Below, piece by piece: positions 26,064 to 38,746 of a stretch of DNA of 64,000 nt. The stretch is taken from contig NC_090396.1 in the NCBI RefSeq assembly GCF_036365525.1, forward strand, positions 2,976,001 to 3,040,000. The letters run 5' to 3'. The notes under the pieces are model-generated. The model ran no database searches. It was not told where the DNA came from and saw nothing but the letters and a program-made list of their open reading frames with translations. Position 1 is the stretch's first letter. Each line of letters begins with the position of its first letter. The translations under genes were made by a program, and so were the position numbers. The DNA comes from Heterodontus francisci (lineage: Eukaryota).

Positions 26064-27797
26064 AAGCAGATTCTCAGACGTGTGGACAATACTTTCGCAG
26101 AAGTCTCCATCCAACCGCAAGCCCTGTCCCATCTCAGTGAGGAACCATTCTTGCTGCATGGCTTTCTGATTAATAGGCGGCCATTGCATTTCCACATGTC
26201 TTTATATGGATTGCCATTTGAAATGTGGAACATAAACTCCGTGATAAATGGTGAAAATCTGCTGCGTATTTTGTCAGCCTTGATGTTAAACAAGTGGGGT
26301 CACTCCAAAAATGACTTCATTTTCAATCCTGCAGAGCAAACGTGATTCCCACAGTTAAGCTTCACTGTGTGAGATGAGCACATGTTATTTTGTTCTGAGT
26401 TTCGATTAAATTGCATAAACTGAATTATTTATTTCAACAAATCCAAACCAATAACATATGTTAAATGTATTCCATAATACTGAATATTGGAAAGAATACT
26501 GTGTGATCCTGTGCTGTTAATGTAACTAGGACAAAGAACCAGTAAAGATGGAGACTGACATTAATTGCACACATTCAACAATTGAAATTAACTCGTGTCT
26601 CTCCAGCACTTATACATTTAACTGAAAATAAGCGTTATTTGCTACACATCACTGAAGTGAACTCTCCAAGGAGCTCATGTTATTTCACTAAAGATTCAGA
26701 TGAACAATATGAGACCCGGTTTCTGATAGTAGTAGTGAGTTGTTCGTATAATTCTGGTGGCAAATTCCAACGCGTATCTACACAATACTCACAGATGAAA
26801 GTACAATGAGACATTGTCCCTGGACCATGCAGAAGGTCAATTATACATAAGGAACATAATTTTAAAAAAGAGGTCGTAACAGGGATAGGACATGCCCTCG
26901 ATCAAACATGTTCTATCATTCAATTAGATCATGGCCCATCTGATATTGGCCTCCAACTCTTCTTTCCTGCATGTTTCCTAAGTCAATGACTCCCCGATGA
27001 TGAAAGAATCTTTCTATAGTGTCTTAAATATATGTAATGAGTCAGCGTCCACAGTTTTCGTAGGTGGAATTCCAAGGATAAATGATCCACTGCAAAATAA
27101 CATTTTTACTCATCTTCATTTGAAATGGGCGGCCCTATATTCTGGATCTATGCAAGTTACACTGGAGCCTCCAGGAGGAGAACTTCCTCTCAGCATCTAC
27201 CGTGTCAAACTCCTTCAGAAACTGACATTTTTCAATTCCAGCTCTTGCAAACTCCAATGAGTATTGAACCGAGGTGTGCAAACTTTACACTGAAGTAAAA
27301 TTCACTGGTACAGCGTGGTCTAATGTTCAATTTGTTTCAGTAAAATTGAAGTGTTCAGAACTGATCCATGGGAGAAATGTTTCCTCCTCATTGTCCCTAT
27401 TGAGTGCAGCCATTTCAATTATTTTTTTTCTGAAATCAAGTTGAGTAAGCATGGCGTCTGTTGCTGCAGTGACCAACAGACTATCACTATTAGTATAATG
27501 ACACCGAAGAGACTCAGAGAAATTTAGAACTGAAGCAACAGAAGTTATTGCTTCTCACAGAAAATGTATTTTGATAATAATTGTAAATAATGCTGACTTC
27601 ATATCTACAGTCATTACAAATCCAGACTTAACAGTGAGCTCACGTGTAATGAAAATACACATCTTTATATAACTCTGACCTTACTGGTGCTGTATCTACC
27701 CTTACAGTTACAATTCAAAGCTCATTTTCAGTGTGCCTACACATCCAGACACTTCACAAACGTCACTACTACTGTACGTTGCACGCCAGTGACACTT

Positions 27798-28141
27798 ATT
27801 TTTTAGAGATACTGTTCTGAAACAGGCCCTTCGGCACACCGAGTCCGTGCCGACCATCAACCACCCATTTATACTAATCCTACACTAATCCAAGATTCTT
27901 AACACAAACCCACCTGTCCCTATATTCCTCTACCACCTACCTATACTAGGGGCAATTTATAATGGCCAATTTACCTATCAACCTGCAAGTCTTTGGCTGT
28001 GGGAGGAAACTGGAGCACCCAGCGAAAACCCACGCGGTCACAGGGAGAACTTGCAAACTCCGCACAGGCAGTACCCAGAATTGAACCCAGGTCACTGGAG
28101 CTGGGAGGCTGTGGTGTGAACCACTGCGCCACTGTGCCACC
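27798..28141 (-). mobile_element. tRNA-derived V-SINE (HE1-like)
   Basis: A box (tggcgcagtgg), B box (ggttcaattc), V-domain ggagtttgcaagttctccc..gggtgctcc..ttcctcccaca, CR1-like tail. Confidence 0.9.
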
Positions 28142-28553
28142 CACTTGCGACATATTTATGCATCCGGTTGTCTCACTGATCTCACATGTACTGCAACTAA
28201 ATATTTGTATGTATCACCAGCCTTACTGATATTGCAACTACTCTTCAACTTACATTGGTAACCCCGTTTGAAGTTCAGCTACTCCTCCAGATACTTCAGG
28301 AACCTCCCTTGAAATGTAATTGCACATTCAGATCCAAGAATGATGTCAAGTATACTATATATATCCTGCAAGAAGTGTCACTGACATCACTTGTACTGTA
28401 ACCACCTTTCTAGTTGTATTATTGACCTCACGTGTACTGTAAATAACCATTCAAACATTTCACTGATCGGGCTTGAAATTGAACTATTGGTCCAGATATT
28501 TCAGTGACCTTAATTGTACTGTAATTACCCATCCAGGTACGCCAATCTACTCA

Positions 28554-28681
28554 AATAAAAGCAAAATACTGCGGATGCTGGAAATCTGAAATAAAAACAA
28601 CAAATGCTGGAATCACTCAGCAGGTCTGGCAGCATCTGTAGAAAGAGAAGCAGAGTTAACGTTTCGGGTCAGTGACCCTGC
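28554..28681 (-). mobile_element. Short Penelope terminal-repeat fragment with 9-bp TSD
   Basis: Matches ~50479-50605; flanked by atctactca at 28545-28553 and 28682-28690. Confidence 0.85.
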
Positions 28682-30064
28682 ATCTACTCAGTTGTACTGT
28701 AACTACCAATCTGGATGTATCACTGACCATGCTTGCACTGTCACAAACTTTCTAATCTGATCTTACTTTTCCATTAACAAATATATGCGATGCAGCAATG
28801 ATATCAATGGCACTGTAACTACCCAGCAGATATATCACTTGTCCTGCAACTACCCCTCCAAACATATCACTGAACTCACTTGTGCTGTAACTACTTGTAA
28901 TATACTATGGAGCTCAGTGTGCTGTAATTATGCACCCAGATGCTTCATTGAACCTAATTGTTGTATAACTAAGTATCCAAATACGACTATAAACTAATTT
29001 TTACTGTAACTACACATGCAGATATCTGTCTGACCTCACTAATACTGCAGCTACCCATCCAAGTATATCGCTGAACTCACTTGTACAGGACCCATCCAGG
29101 TCTGTCACTGCCTTCAACTGCATTGGAACTAACAATAGAGATACTCGCTGCCTATAACTTGAGGCATATCCGCACTCTCAGATATAACAACTACTCCATT
29201 TACACTGCAACTACCGATCAAGATATATCATTTTTCTGAAACTTGTACTCTAACTACGCATCCAGGCATATGACTGACCTCGCTAACATCCAGATACACA
29301 TCTTAACATAATTGTTACATATGCACGCATCCAGATGCATTGCTAAACTAATAAGCATAACTATCCATCTAGATATATCACTGACCTCAATTATTCCGTA
29401 ACTACCCATGCAGATATTTCACTGACATCACCTGCAGCTAAACTTCCAGATACATTACAGACATCACTTATACTGTACGTAACCATCCGGATATATCACT
29501 GACCTTAGATGGACGGTACATATATATCCAGATACATCATCAAATTTGCTTGTACTGTCGCTACCCATCCAGATACATCACTGAACCCAGTTCACTGTAG
29601 CTACCCATCCAGACATAGCAATACCATCACTTGCACTGGAACTAAAAAATATAAATAATCACTGCCTTAAATTGCACTTAACCACGCTCAAAAATTTAAC
29701 CCGTAGTTCATTTGTACTGCAGCTGCAAATCCAGATTTATTAATCATCTCACTTGTACTCCAACTAAACAACCAAGCATATAAAATAGCTCATTTATTTT
29801 GTATCTATACATCCAGATGTATCACTGAACACATTTGCCACACAATGACACTACACATATATCGAGGCACTCATTTGTAGTCTGAAGCTGCCCATCCATA
29901 TCCATCATTGACTTGAATTGTACTGTAATGACCTTCCCAGTTATATAATTTTCCTCAGCATTATTGTAACAGTCCATGCATATATTTCACTGACCTTCAT
30001 TTTACTTCATCTCACCATCCACATTTGTCACTGACCTCACTTATACTGTAATTACCCATCTAAA

Positions 30065-30775
30065 AGTAACAGTCAATTCTGTTTATGTGGCGCCTTTTAT
30101 GTAATTAATGTTCCCAAGACACTTCACGGGAACTATGAAAAGACAAGCAGGGTACAGCCACGTTAGCAAATATTGGGTCGGATGGCCACAATCATGGTCA
30201 AATATGTGTGGCTTAAGGAATGCTTTCAAGGAGGAAAGTCGTTTAGAGAGTTGGAGAGGTATCAGGACGGAATTCCAGATCTTCGTTGCTGAACTGCGAA
30301 AGGTGTGGCCACCAATTATAGAGTGATTAAAATCAGAGGTTCTCACATGGTCATCATAAAATGAGGGGGTGGATAACTCAGTTATTTGTCAGGGTGGCAC
30401 AGATTACAGAGATAGGGAGGGGCGAGGCATTGGAGGAATTTGAAAAAGTGAAACAAAATCAAGTTGTTGTTTGACCAGATACTAAGGGAGGGCAGGGAGC
30501 ATCAGTGTGATAAGTGAAAAGGCCCCGTTGTGAGTGAAGAAATAGCAGCAGTGTTGTGTATGACCTCAGGTTCATGGAGCTTGCATGTTGGAACTCAGCC
30601 AGGCTAGAAGTATTAAAGGAATCAACGACATTTTCAGCAGCAGAATACCAGAGACACAGACGAATTCGAGCAATGTTGTGTATGTGGAAATAGGCAGTCT
30701 TTATGAAGGTGGGCACACAGTATAAAGCATGCTGTATCCTCGTCTCTACTAATAGAAGAATTGAGTACCTGAACA
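30065..30775 (-). mobile_element. L2 LINE 3' remnant (probably continuing ~31370-31550)
   Basis: TAYFHIHNIARIR and GGHTFRSSATKIWNSVLIPLQ..LSSLKAFLKPHIF resemble the L2 ORF2 C-terminus. Confidence 0.75.
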
Positions 30776-30804
30776 AGGAATTCATGTTGAATTTGATAAG
30801 ACAC

Positions 30805-31370
30805 TAGTTCATCCTCAGTTGGAGTATTGCGCAAAGTTCTCAGCACCGCACTTTATGAAAGATGCGAAGGCACTGGAACGAGTATAGAAAAAACTCCCGG
30901 GAGTGTTGCCAGGGTTGTGGAACTTCAGGTAGGAAGATCCATTGGAGAAGTTAAGACTGTGTTCCTTAGAAAAGATAAGTCTGAGAGGTGATTTAATAGA
31001 GACAATCAAAATCATGAGGGATCCAGACAGAGTAGATAGAGAGAAACTGCTCCCATCATGAAAGGATGGAAAATGAGCGGGCACAAATTTAAAGTTTATG
31101 GTAAGAGAAGCAGAAGTGAAACGAGGACACACATTTTAACACAGCGAGTGGTTAAGCTATGGAATGCGTTGCCTGACGACGTTGTGAAGACATGTTCAAT
31201 TGAAGCATTCAAAAGGAAATTTAACAGTTATATGAAAAGGTAGAATGTACAGGGTTACCGGGAGAAATTAGGGGGATGGAATGGAGCAAATGGCTCTTGC
31301 AGGGAGCCAGTGAGGTCATGATGGGCTGAATGGCCTCCTTCTGCACTCTAATAATTATGTGATTCTGTGT
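30805..31370 (+). mobile_element. CR1 3' fragment
   Basis: GHKFKVYGKRSR..TQRVVKLWNALP..SIEAFKRK; tail attatgtgattctgtg. Confidence 0.8.
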
Positions 31371-31857
31371 GATGGCTGGAGGTACATCTCTGGTTCAAAC
31401 CTCAGACCACGTTTGTGTATTCATTTAGTTTCAGACAGATGCCAGGGCAAGGGATGGGGTCAATGGCAATTGATCGTAGTTTGGAGCAAGGAGTCAAGAC
31501 TATAGCTTCAGTCTTTCCAATTCGTAATTCGAGGAATGCTTTGCTCATCCGGAAGCCTTTTTGAGCAACTGCCAAGCTGAAGTGTTAGATCTGTCAGCTG
31601 CTGATGATAACTGGGACCCACTTTCTCACAACAGCTTCCTTCGTTCCACCGAAGCCCCTCTACTAGCCTGTCCCAGTGGAAACCAATCCTCAAACCACCA
31701 TATGACTTGTAGAGAGAAGTAGAGAAAATGCAGCTGCATCTGGGAAATGGGACGGAGATAGTTTCGATAATGTGACTCAAAAAATACATAAAGCTAATTA
31801 TCAATTAACACAGTAAGATTCCCATTATCTGCAGCATTTTGTTTTCATACACACAAG

Positions 31858-31863
31858 TTTATT
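31858..31863 (-). promoter_or_regulatory. Candidate polyadenylation signal of the GPCR gene
   Basis: AATAAA on the minus strand ~220 nt after the stop codon. Confidence 0.5.
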
Positions 31864-32079
31864 TCATTATAAACATATGTCAGGAGCTGAAAATGGAACC
31901 AATGATGGTGCAGCAGGGACTGTGATTGTTTTTTTTCTTCTCCTCCTGTGTGGACAGAGTTGTGACTCTCCTCCTGAACACTTTACATCCTCCATAGGTC
32001 ACCTGTTGCCCTTGGCAATTCTGGGGATAAACATTACATTGATGGACTGGGAAGACTGGAACGCACCTCTGGGCTGCTC

Positions 32080-32990
32080 TCAGAATTTTTGTTTTTTCAC
32101 TAATTGAATAATTAATAAAACCGGATATTTCACAGCAACCAGCAACTGCTGTCTGAACTTGGACTGAGTCACCACATAAATAAATGAATTTGTGCAGCTA
32201 TTTAAATTCTGCAGCATAATTCCAACATTTCGAAATACCAACAAAGAATCATTGAGATAATTGGGATTTCTGCCTGCGATTCTATATCTAAAGAATTCGA
32301 TAACATAAGTCAACCAGAGAAGTATGAAGCTGCCAGATATGCTGAAGAGTAAGATCACGGACTTCCTTCTGCTCTCCATCTCTGGGTCACTACGATTCTC
32401 TCCCTTGTTGTGACCCCTCAGTCTTTTACGGACTTGACTGGCCATGAAAATGTGTCCGACTGTTATGGAGTTGAGCAACAGAATTAATGCGAATGGGAGC
32501 AATGGGATTAAAACCTTATCAAACCAGTGATATCCCACCCAACCGGGCTCAGTGTAAAGTATTGACTTTGGATAGCAGAACAACGGTACATTGGAGATTA
32601 TCAATACAGGTTCAAATACAAAGTAGAACGGAATATTTTTAAGACAGAGCAGGATGCAGGTCATTGATAAAATCACAGTTGCGGTTTTCTCGGTGCAATA
32701 TTTAGTTTTCAGCTTTTGGCAACAAATGGCCACAAATCGATCAAAGGAGAAAGTAATGGTGAACCAGACAGAACAGTCTCTTGCTGAACGAACCAGGACA
32801 TAGTTAACACTGCAGACTGGGGTGATGTCCAGGAAGGATCCCGGGAAATAATAATGACCAATTTGCCTCAGTATGACATCATTGATAATGAGTAGTACAT
32901 CCGCTGTTGCCATGGCCACCAGGTAGCGAGTGGTGCAATTGGAGAGACCGCACTTTCCCCGGGACAGGATCATAATCGCTACTAAATTAA
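32080..32990 (-). CDS. Class A GPCR, GPR139-like, coding exon 2
   Basis: Acceptor tctctctcAG at 33000-32991; YLVAMATADVL (TM2), SVWFTITFSFDRFVAIC (TM3), LLPFALILLLNS (TM5), FILLWL (TM6), NSCTNSFIY (TM7); TGA at 32082-32080. Confidence 0.93.
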
Positions 32991-33536
32991 CTGAGAGAGA
33001 AAAGGGTAAGAGACTGGAAATTGCTGATCAAACATTCTCCGTGTCAGAGCTTAGTCAATAAAGACGGGATCATTGCACCAAAAACGGGTCAGTTGGAATC
33101 GGGTCAGCGGTTAAAGAATCTCAACCAGTACCTCAACCGCCTCGAACCTTCAAGTTTTAAACGAGTAGAGACCGGATCCTTCAGCCAACCATTCCCAAGA
33201 TACGTTTGGCCTTCCCGATCAGAACCTGCAAATGGAATTCGTGATCAAACACTCCTCCTCCTGCCTTGGTGTGTGGGGAATAATAAGACGCCATTGGGAT
33301 CGGATCCTCCCAGTTAGTCAAGAATCAGATAACCACTGCTTCACTGCCATCTCCACGTTGTCGTGGATTTGACACACCAGAAATCTGCATCACCCTGCAG
33401 TTGGTACATGGAAACTCACAGGATCTGACACACCTTGTATCTCCATAGGATTGGGCATAGAACCACTTACTTTTGAGCCTGTGGATCGGAACTCCAAGTT
33501 CCTGTCATTCCTATGTCATCCACCCCATACACTCTC

Positions 33537-33860
33537 TGTTCTCTCCTGTGCTGCCCCTCACCAGACTCGGAGCATCCCACAGGATTGGGGTTCAGGAACG
33601 CCCAGCACTAACCACATCCCCCTCCCCCTCTCCCTCTGTCCCCTATATCTGCACTGCTTCACACTAGCCTTCGCACCCCTTCTCCCTCTCCTCTCCCGTG
33701 CTGCCCTTCACCAGACGAGGAGCATGCTGCACGAATGAGAGTCCTCCACAGGATTGGGGTGCAGGAACTCCGAGCACTAACCTCCTCCCCCTCCCCCAGT
33801 CCCTCTGTCCCCTGTATCTGCACTGCTTCACAATAGCCTTCCCACCCCTTCCCCCTTCCC
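33537..33860. repeat. ~150-170-bp tandem duplication in the GPCR intron
   Basis: ctctcc(t/c)gtgctgccc(c/t)tcaccagac..cacaggattgggg(t)..tatctgcactgcttcaca..tagccttc occurs twice. Confidence 0.8.
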
Positions 33861-33981
33861 GTTCTTGAACCATGGTGCAGCATGGGAGACCACTTCCTGG
33901 GTTTGGGGGTCAGACACTCTTCGAATTCTGTCTCCGCCTGCCCCTTCCTCCCACTCACGGGAAATATCGAACCAGTCTTTT

Positions 33982-34314
33982 GGCGGCACAGCGGTTCGTA
34001 GCGCAGCCTCACAGCTCCAGCGATCTGGGTTCGGTTCTGGGTACTGTTTGTGTGGCGTTTGCAAGTTCTCTCTGTGACCATGTGGGTTTTCTCCGGGTGC
34101 TCCGGTTTTCTCCCACATTCCAAAGACTTGCGGTTTGATGGGTAAATTGGCCATTGTATAAAAAAAATGCCCTCGTGTAGGTGGGTGGTAAGAGAGATGA
34201 GGGAAGTTGGGGATGTGAGCGGGAAATGGGTTAATGTAGGATTAGTAAAAAGGATCAGCGTGGACTCGGTGGCCCGAAGGGCCTGTCTCGGTGCTGTACC
34301 TCTGTATGAATCTA
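33982..34314 (+). mobile_element. V-SINE (HE1-like)
   Basis: ggcggcacag start, B box ggttcggttc, V-domain, tail ggcccgaagggcctgtctcggtgctgta. Confidence 0.88.
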
Positions 34315-34694
34315 TCCTCCCCCCTCCCATTGTTTCCCCCTGCCCCCTTCCCCGGTCTCAGACCACATTCCTCGCTTTGAGGCCCAACTAGGAATCTACA
34401 TCACGGATTTCGGAGATATCACCACTCTCTAGCCCTCTGGAGTTGGGAATTGAACACCTCCGATATCAGGCAACTCCGCTTATGGTTTGGTTTGTGCTGG
34501 TCCAGATTCCTCCTTGACCAACGGGTATCAAAGCCTGTTTGTCTACTGACGTCTGGGCGGGGTATCTTTCAAGGATAAAAGGGACCACTACTGGAGCTAT
34601 TACTCCGAAACTACTCCCCCACCTATATCATGGACGTCTGTTAATATTCAGGCCATAGCATTGGAGGAAAAGGGAAATGCTAAGACAGCACATC

Positions 34695-35100
34695 TGATCG
34701 AAACAGAAATTCTGAAAACACCCAGTAGGTATGACAGCATCTGTACAGGAAGCAACAGAGTAAATGTTTCAGCTCGATAACCTTTCATTTGAACTGGAAG
34801 TTATTCAATATTAATAATCCTGAAGGAATTGTAGAGAAGAGAAAAGTTGGGTATAGGGTAGAAAAATAAAATAAAACAGCACCGAAGCTCTGTGATGGAT
34901 GGAGGTCAGGAGTGATTCAATGGCAAAAGAGATCATTGTGCGTGGGTAGTGGAACAATGGAGAAAACAAAGGATGGCTCCAGCGGAGGTGTAAATTTGTA
35001 CAGCCGAATAACAAAGCAGGAGGAAAGTATGGAGAATTTGGCCGAAAGAAGGCACCAGTGGTTAGAGAATGTGGTGGAAAAAGCGGGATAGAACCGTGGG
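34695..35100 (-). mobile_element. Decayed Penelope terminal repeat and 3' UTR remnant
   Basis: cagcatctgtacaggaagcaacagagtaaatgtttcagctcgataacctttcatttgaactg is a diverged version of 46916-46978. Confidence 0.6.
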
Positions 35101-36429
35101 GTGAGGAGAAACCAATAGGCCGAGAACTGATAGGGGATCCCCATCCCAATCACCAGCTCCCAACCCCTCTACTCCCAGCAACCTGAGCTTTTGCCATCAC
35201 CCGTTGGCAGCACAGGCCATCTGGGAGAATTGAACGGTGGTTATGTCCTGAAACGTTTCATCTCAGTGTTGTGTCTGACATGCAATAAAGTACCCACATG
35301 AAAATTACAGAGCTGTATCTGTGGAATAGTGCTGGAGATCACAGTGGGCGGGGAGGGCAATTCCATTCACTGTGAATCTAATGACAGCTAGGACTTTCTG
35401 GGCGTTGGAATGTTAATGGGCATCTGGACCGCAGGTCCGAGCTCCGAAGGCAAGAAGTCAAGTCACGAATGCTTTTGGATGGCAAGGGAATAATGGAGCA
35501 GATGGTTTCAGCAATTGTCGAGGGGAGGAAGATCTGGGAAGGGAGGAAAGAAACTGTCATATATTCATTGTATAAATTCAGTACAAAGCGGCAAGGCATT
35601 TTATTTAGTTTACGGGAGCTATTTGATGAAGTGATCAAGGAAAGGGTAAATATTCTGGTTTGGATGAATGACATCAGTCACAACCAATCCTAGAACCTTG
35701 TGTCAGTTGTAGATGTATTGCATAAGTTACTGTATGATTAATAGTATATAGTAGTAATAAAAAGCCAATCCAATTAGGCTAGTTACTGCTGGAGCAAATG
35801 AGCAGGCCAGCTCACCTTTGACTGACACGGGCCATGGCGGTCAGAAAAGCTGTTGGTGCGTGAAACAATAGAAGAGTTTAAACCACAGACTGACGGATAA
35901 GATGATAAATAAAATTTCACAATGGCAAAGTAATTACAATATAGCTAAGTGTGAGGTTTTGCATTTTAGTCAGAAACATAACACTTCCAAATATTCCTTG
36001 GAACTTAAGCATGAATGTGGTAGACTTGCAAAAGGATTCAGAGATACAGATTATCAACTCATTGACAGTTCTTTTACAGAGGAATGGAATGGCAAAAACA
36101 AAGCCCTGATATTAAATTGATATTGATCCTTGTTGCTGTAATATTTAGCGTACTGTATACAGTTCTGGCATCCATTTAACGAAAAGGGATATTGATGCAC
36201 AAGTGCAATTACGTTAACCAAGATGAGATCAGAACTGAGAGAAGTGATCCATATGTTTCATCATTAACAGCTTACAAATGTTTTTATTGACTGCCTGCCT
36301 TTCCTTCCTCTATATTATAAAAGTCTGCTATGTGTATTTCCGAGCTATAAATGGCCTTCCTCACAGAGTTCCTAACCACTGAACTAAAGGCAGAGATATC
36401 ACAGGTTACATGTGTCGACACTGTTCTTC

Positions 36430-37041
36430 ATACAAAGAACAAAGAACAAAGGAAATTACAGCACAGGAACAGGCCCTTCGGCCCTCCAAGCTTGCACCAA
36501 TCCGGATCCTCTACCTAAACATGTCGCCTATTTTCTAAGGGTCTGTATCTCTTTGCTTCCAGCCCATTCATGTATCTGTCTCGATACATCTTAAAAGACG
36601 CTATCGTGTTCGCATCTACCACCTCCGCTGGCAACGCGTTCCAGGCACCCACTACCCTCTGCGTAAAGAACTTTCCACGCATATCCCCCCTAAACTTTTC
36701 CCCTCTCACTTTGAACTCGTGACACCTAGTATTTGAATCCCCCACTCCGGGAAAAAGCTTCTTGCTATCCACCCTGTCTATACCTCTTATGATTTTGTAC
36801 ACCTCAATCAGGTCCCCCCTCAACCTCCGCCTTTCTAATGAAAATAATCCTAATCTACTCAACCGTTCTTCATACCTAGCGCCCTCCATACCAGGCAACA
36901 TCATGGTGAACCTCCTCTCACCCTCTCCAAAGCATCCACATCCTTTTGGTAATGTGGCGACCAGAACTGCACGCAGTATTCCAAATGTGGCCGAACCTTA
37001 GTCCTATACAACTGTAACATGACCTGCCAACTCTTGTACTC
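36430..37041 (-). mobile_element. CR1 3' fragment
   Basis: LPGMEGARYEERLSRLGLFSLERRRLRGDLIEVYK..FFTQRVVGAWNALP; tail aaagaacaaagaac. Confidence 0.9.
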
Positions 37042-37082
37042 ATAGATAAGAACTAATCTGCAAACGTTAACCAGTTACTGAA

Positions 37083-37600
37083 GGAACATAGTCACAGAAT
37101 GACAGATGGAGGTCATTCGATTCATTGTTCCTGCGCTGGCTCTCTTTCATTTCCTCATCTTCGCCCCTTAGCCATGAACATTCATCCTTTTCAGATAACA
37201 ATCCAATTCCTCTTGAATACCTCCAATGCACTCTCAGGTCGTGCAGTCCACATGCGAATCACTCGCTGCGTGAAAGAAGGTTTTCCTTATGTCACCATTA
37301 CTTCTTTTGTCAATTACTTTTAATATGTGTCCTCTTGTTCTCGATCCTTCCATCAATGGGAACAGCTTTTCCATTTCTGCTTTGTCCAGTCTATTCTTGA
37401 CTTTGAACACGTGCTCCAAATTTCACCACAACCTTCTCTTCTGCAGGGACAATTGTCGCAACTGATGCAATCTATCCATGTAACTAAAGTTCCTCATCGC
37501 TGGAACCATTCTCGTGAATCTTTTCAGGACCCTTTCTAGTGTTTTCACATCTTTCCTAAACGGTGGTGTATCGAAGCACATGCAATACTGCTGCTGAGAT
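37083..37600 (-). mobile_element. Older CR1 3' fragment
   Basis: RKDVKTLERVLKRFTRMVP, EKLFPLMEGSRTRGH. Confidence 0.8.
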
Positions 37601-38587
37601 CGAGCACAATTCAGCACAATTTTAAGATAATTGCAATAATCGCGGCTCGATATTCATCCTCAGTAGCAGCAAGATAATAACATTCAGCACTCACGATCCA
37701 CAATTTTTCAGGACCGTGCTGGAGGAAGGAAATAATCAGAATCAGAAAGTAAGTCGATTTAGGGGAAGTATCAGACATTCAACAGGGAATTTGAATACGG
37801 TGACTCTGTTGCACAGCTGTTTACCTGTTAGTAAGTAGTTAACGCTTGTTTCTTTTCAATACGAAGCAAAGCACACTCAATGCATTTTATTTTTTTTTAA
37901 CTTATTTGCCAATAACTTCAACCAACGGCATTTTTGTTTCTATTTGCCGCCATGAATAATCCATAAAACAGGAATGCAGTTTCCTCACTCAGAGATCGTT
38001 CACCTGAAACACACAGTGCAATTCTACAGTGACATACTTCCAGTAACACATGGCCACTGGGGTGAGGTGTTCCTTTCTGTTAAGTGTCACACAGTCAGTG
38101 CATTTCAACAGTGAAAGGTACTCCCAGTAAGACATGGCCACTGGGATCATGTGCTGCAGTCTGATTTCTGACCCACACTCAGTACAATTGTACAACGGCT
38201 GATAGACACAATCATACATGGTCATTGTTGTCAGCTGTTCAATTACTGTTGGTGAAAAACATACAGAGCTATTGTACAGTGTCTGACAATCCTAGAAATA
38301 ACTTTCGTCAGATAGATGCCTGCACTGAGGTTTGATCCAACAGCCCAGGATACTCCAGCAAAGAGATTGCTTCGACATTTCAGAGAGCCCGCGAACAACA
38401 AACAAGTTTGTTTTCAATTAAAGCAATGGAATGAAACCACAGAGGTAATTAAGAACATTTAACTTAACAAAATAATGTCACTGACTGGTCACCCCTAGAC
38501 CAGCATGTAGCATTCTCAGTCTCAGTACAAAACCAGAGATGAAGTCTGGCACAGATTTACACAACTCCAATGGTTACAATCACTTAC

Positions 38588-38654
38588 CAGGAACACCAAT
38601 GGCAGCAAGGATCATGTAGTATATTTTCATGATATTTTCAATAGAAATATGCAT
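38588..38654 (-). CDS. Class A GPCR, GPR139-like, coding exon 1 (not in ORF track)
   Basis: ATG at 38654 gives MHISIENIMKIYYMILAAIGVP+G, then donor GTAAGT. Phase-1 join G|TT gives ..IGVPVNLVAIMILS (TM1). Total 978 nt, 325 aa; intron 32991-38587. Confidence 0.9.
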
Positions 38655-38740
38655 TTTCAATGTGAAGCAACCAGTTCTGTTGTTTTCAAAGCAATCTCGT
38701 TGCTTTAAACTCTGAGAACTTGCATCCCCAGTGCCTTTAA

Positions 38741-38746
38741 TTTATA
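38741..38746 (-). promoter_or_regulatory. Candidate TATA box of the GPCR gene
   Basis: TATAAA ~87 nt upstream of the ATG. Confidence 0.5.

Larger units (their letters stand above)
26150..29200. repeat. Old segmental duplication, copy B (paralogous to 6640-9240), with two later insertions
   Basis: Colinear with copy A except for the V-SINE (27798-28141) and the Penelope repeat fragment (28554-28681). Confidence 0.85.
27600..30060. repeat. Degenerate ~41-bp tandem repeat, same family as 8130-9230
   Basis: For example agatat at 29371 and 29412; ccagatatatcactgacctcacttgtactgtaactacccat consensus. Confidence 0.85.

Noticed and set aside
38012-38045. CACAGTG heptamer as a V(D)J recombination signal
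   Set aside because: No nonamer at 12 or 23 nt spacing and no V/J segments nearby.
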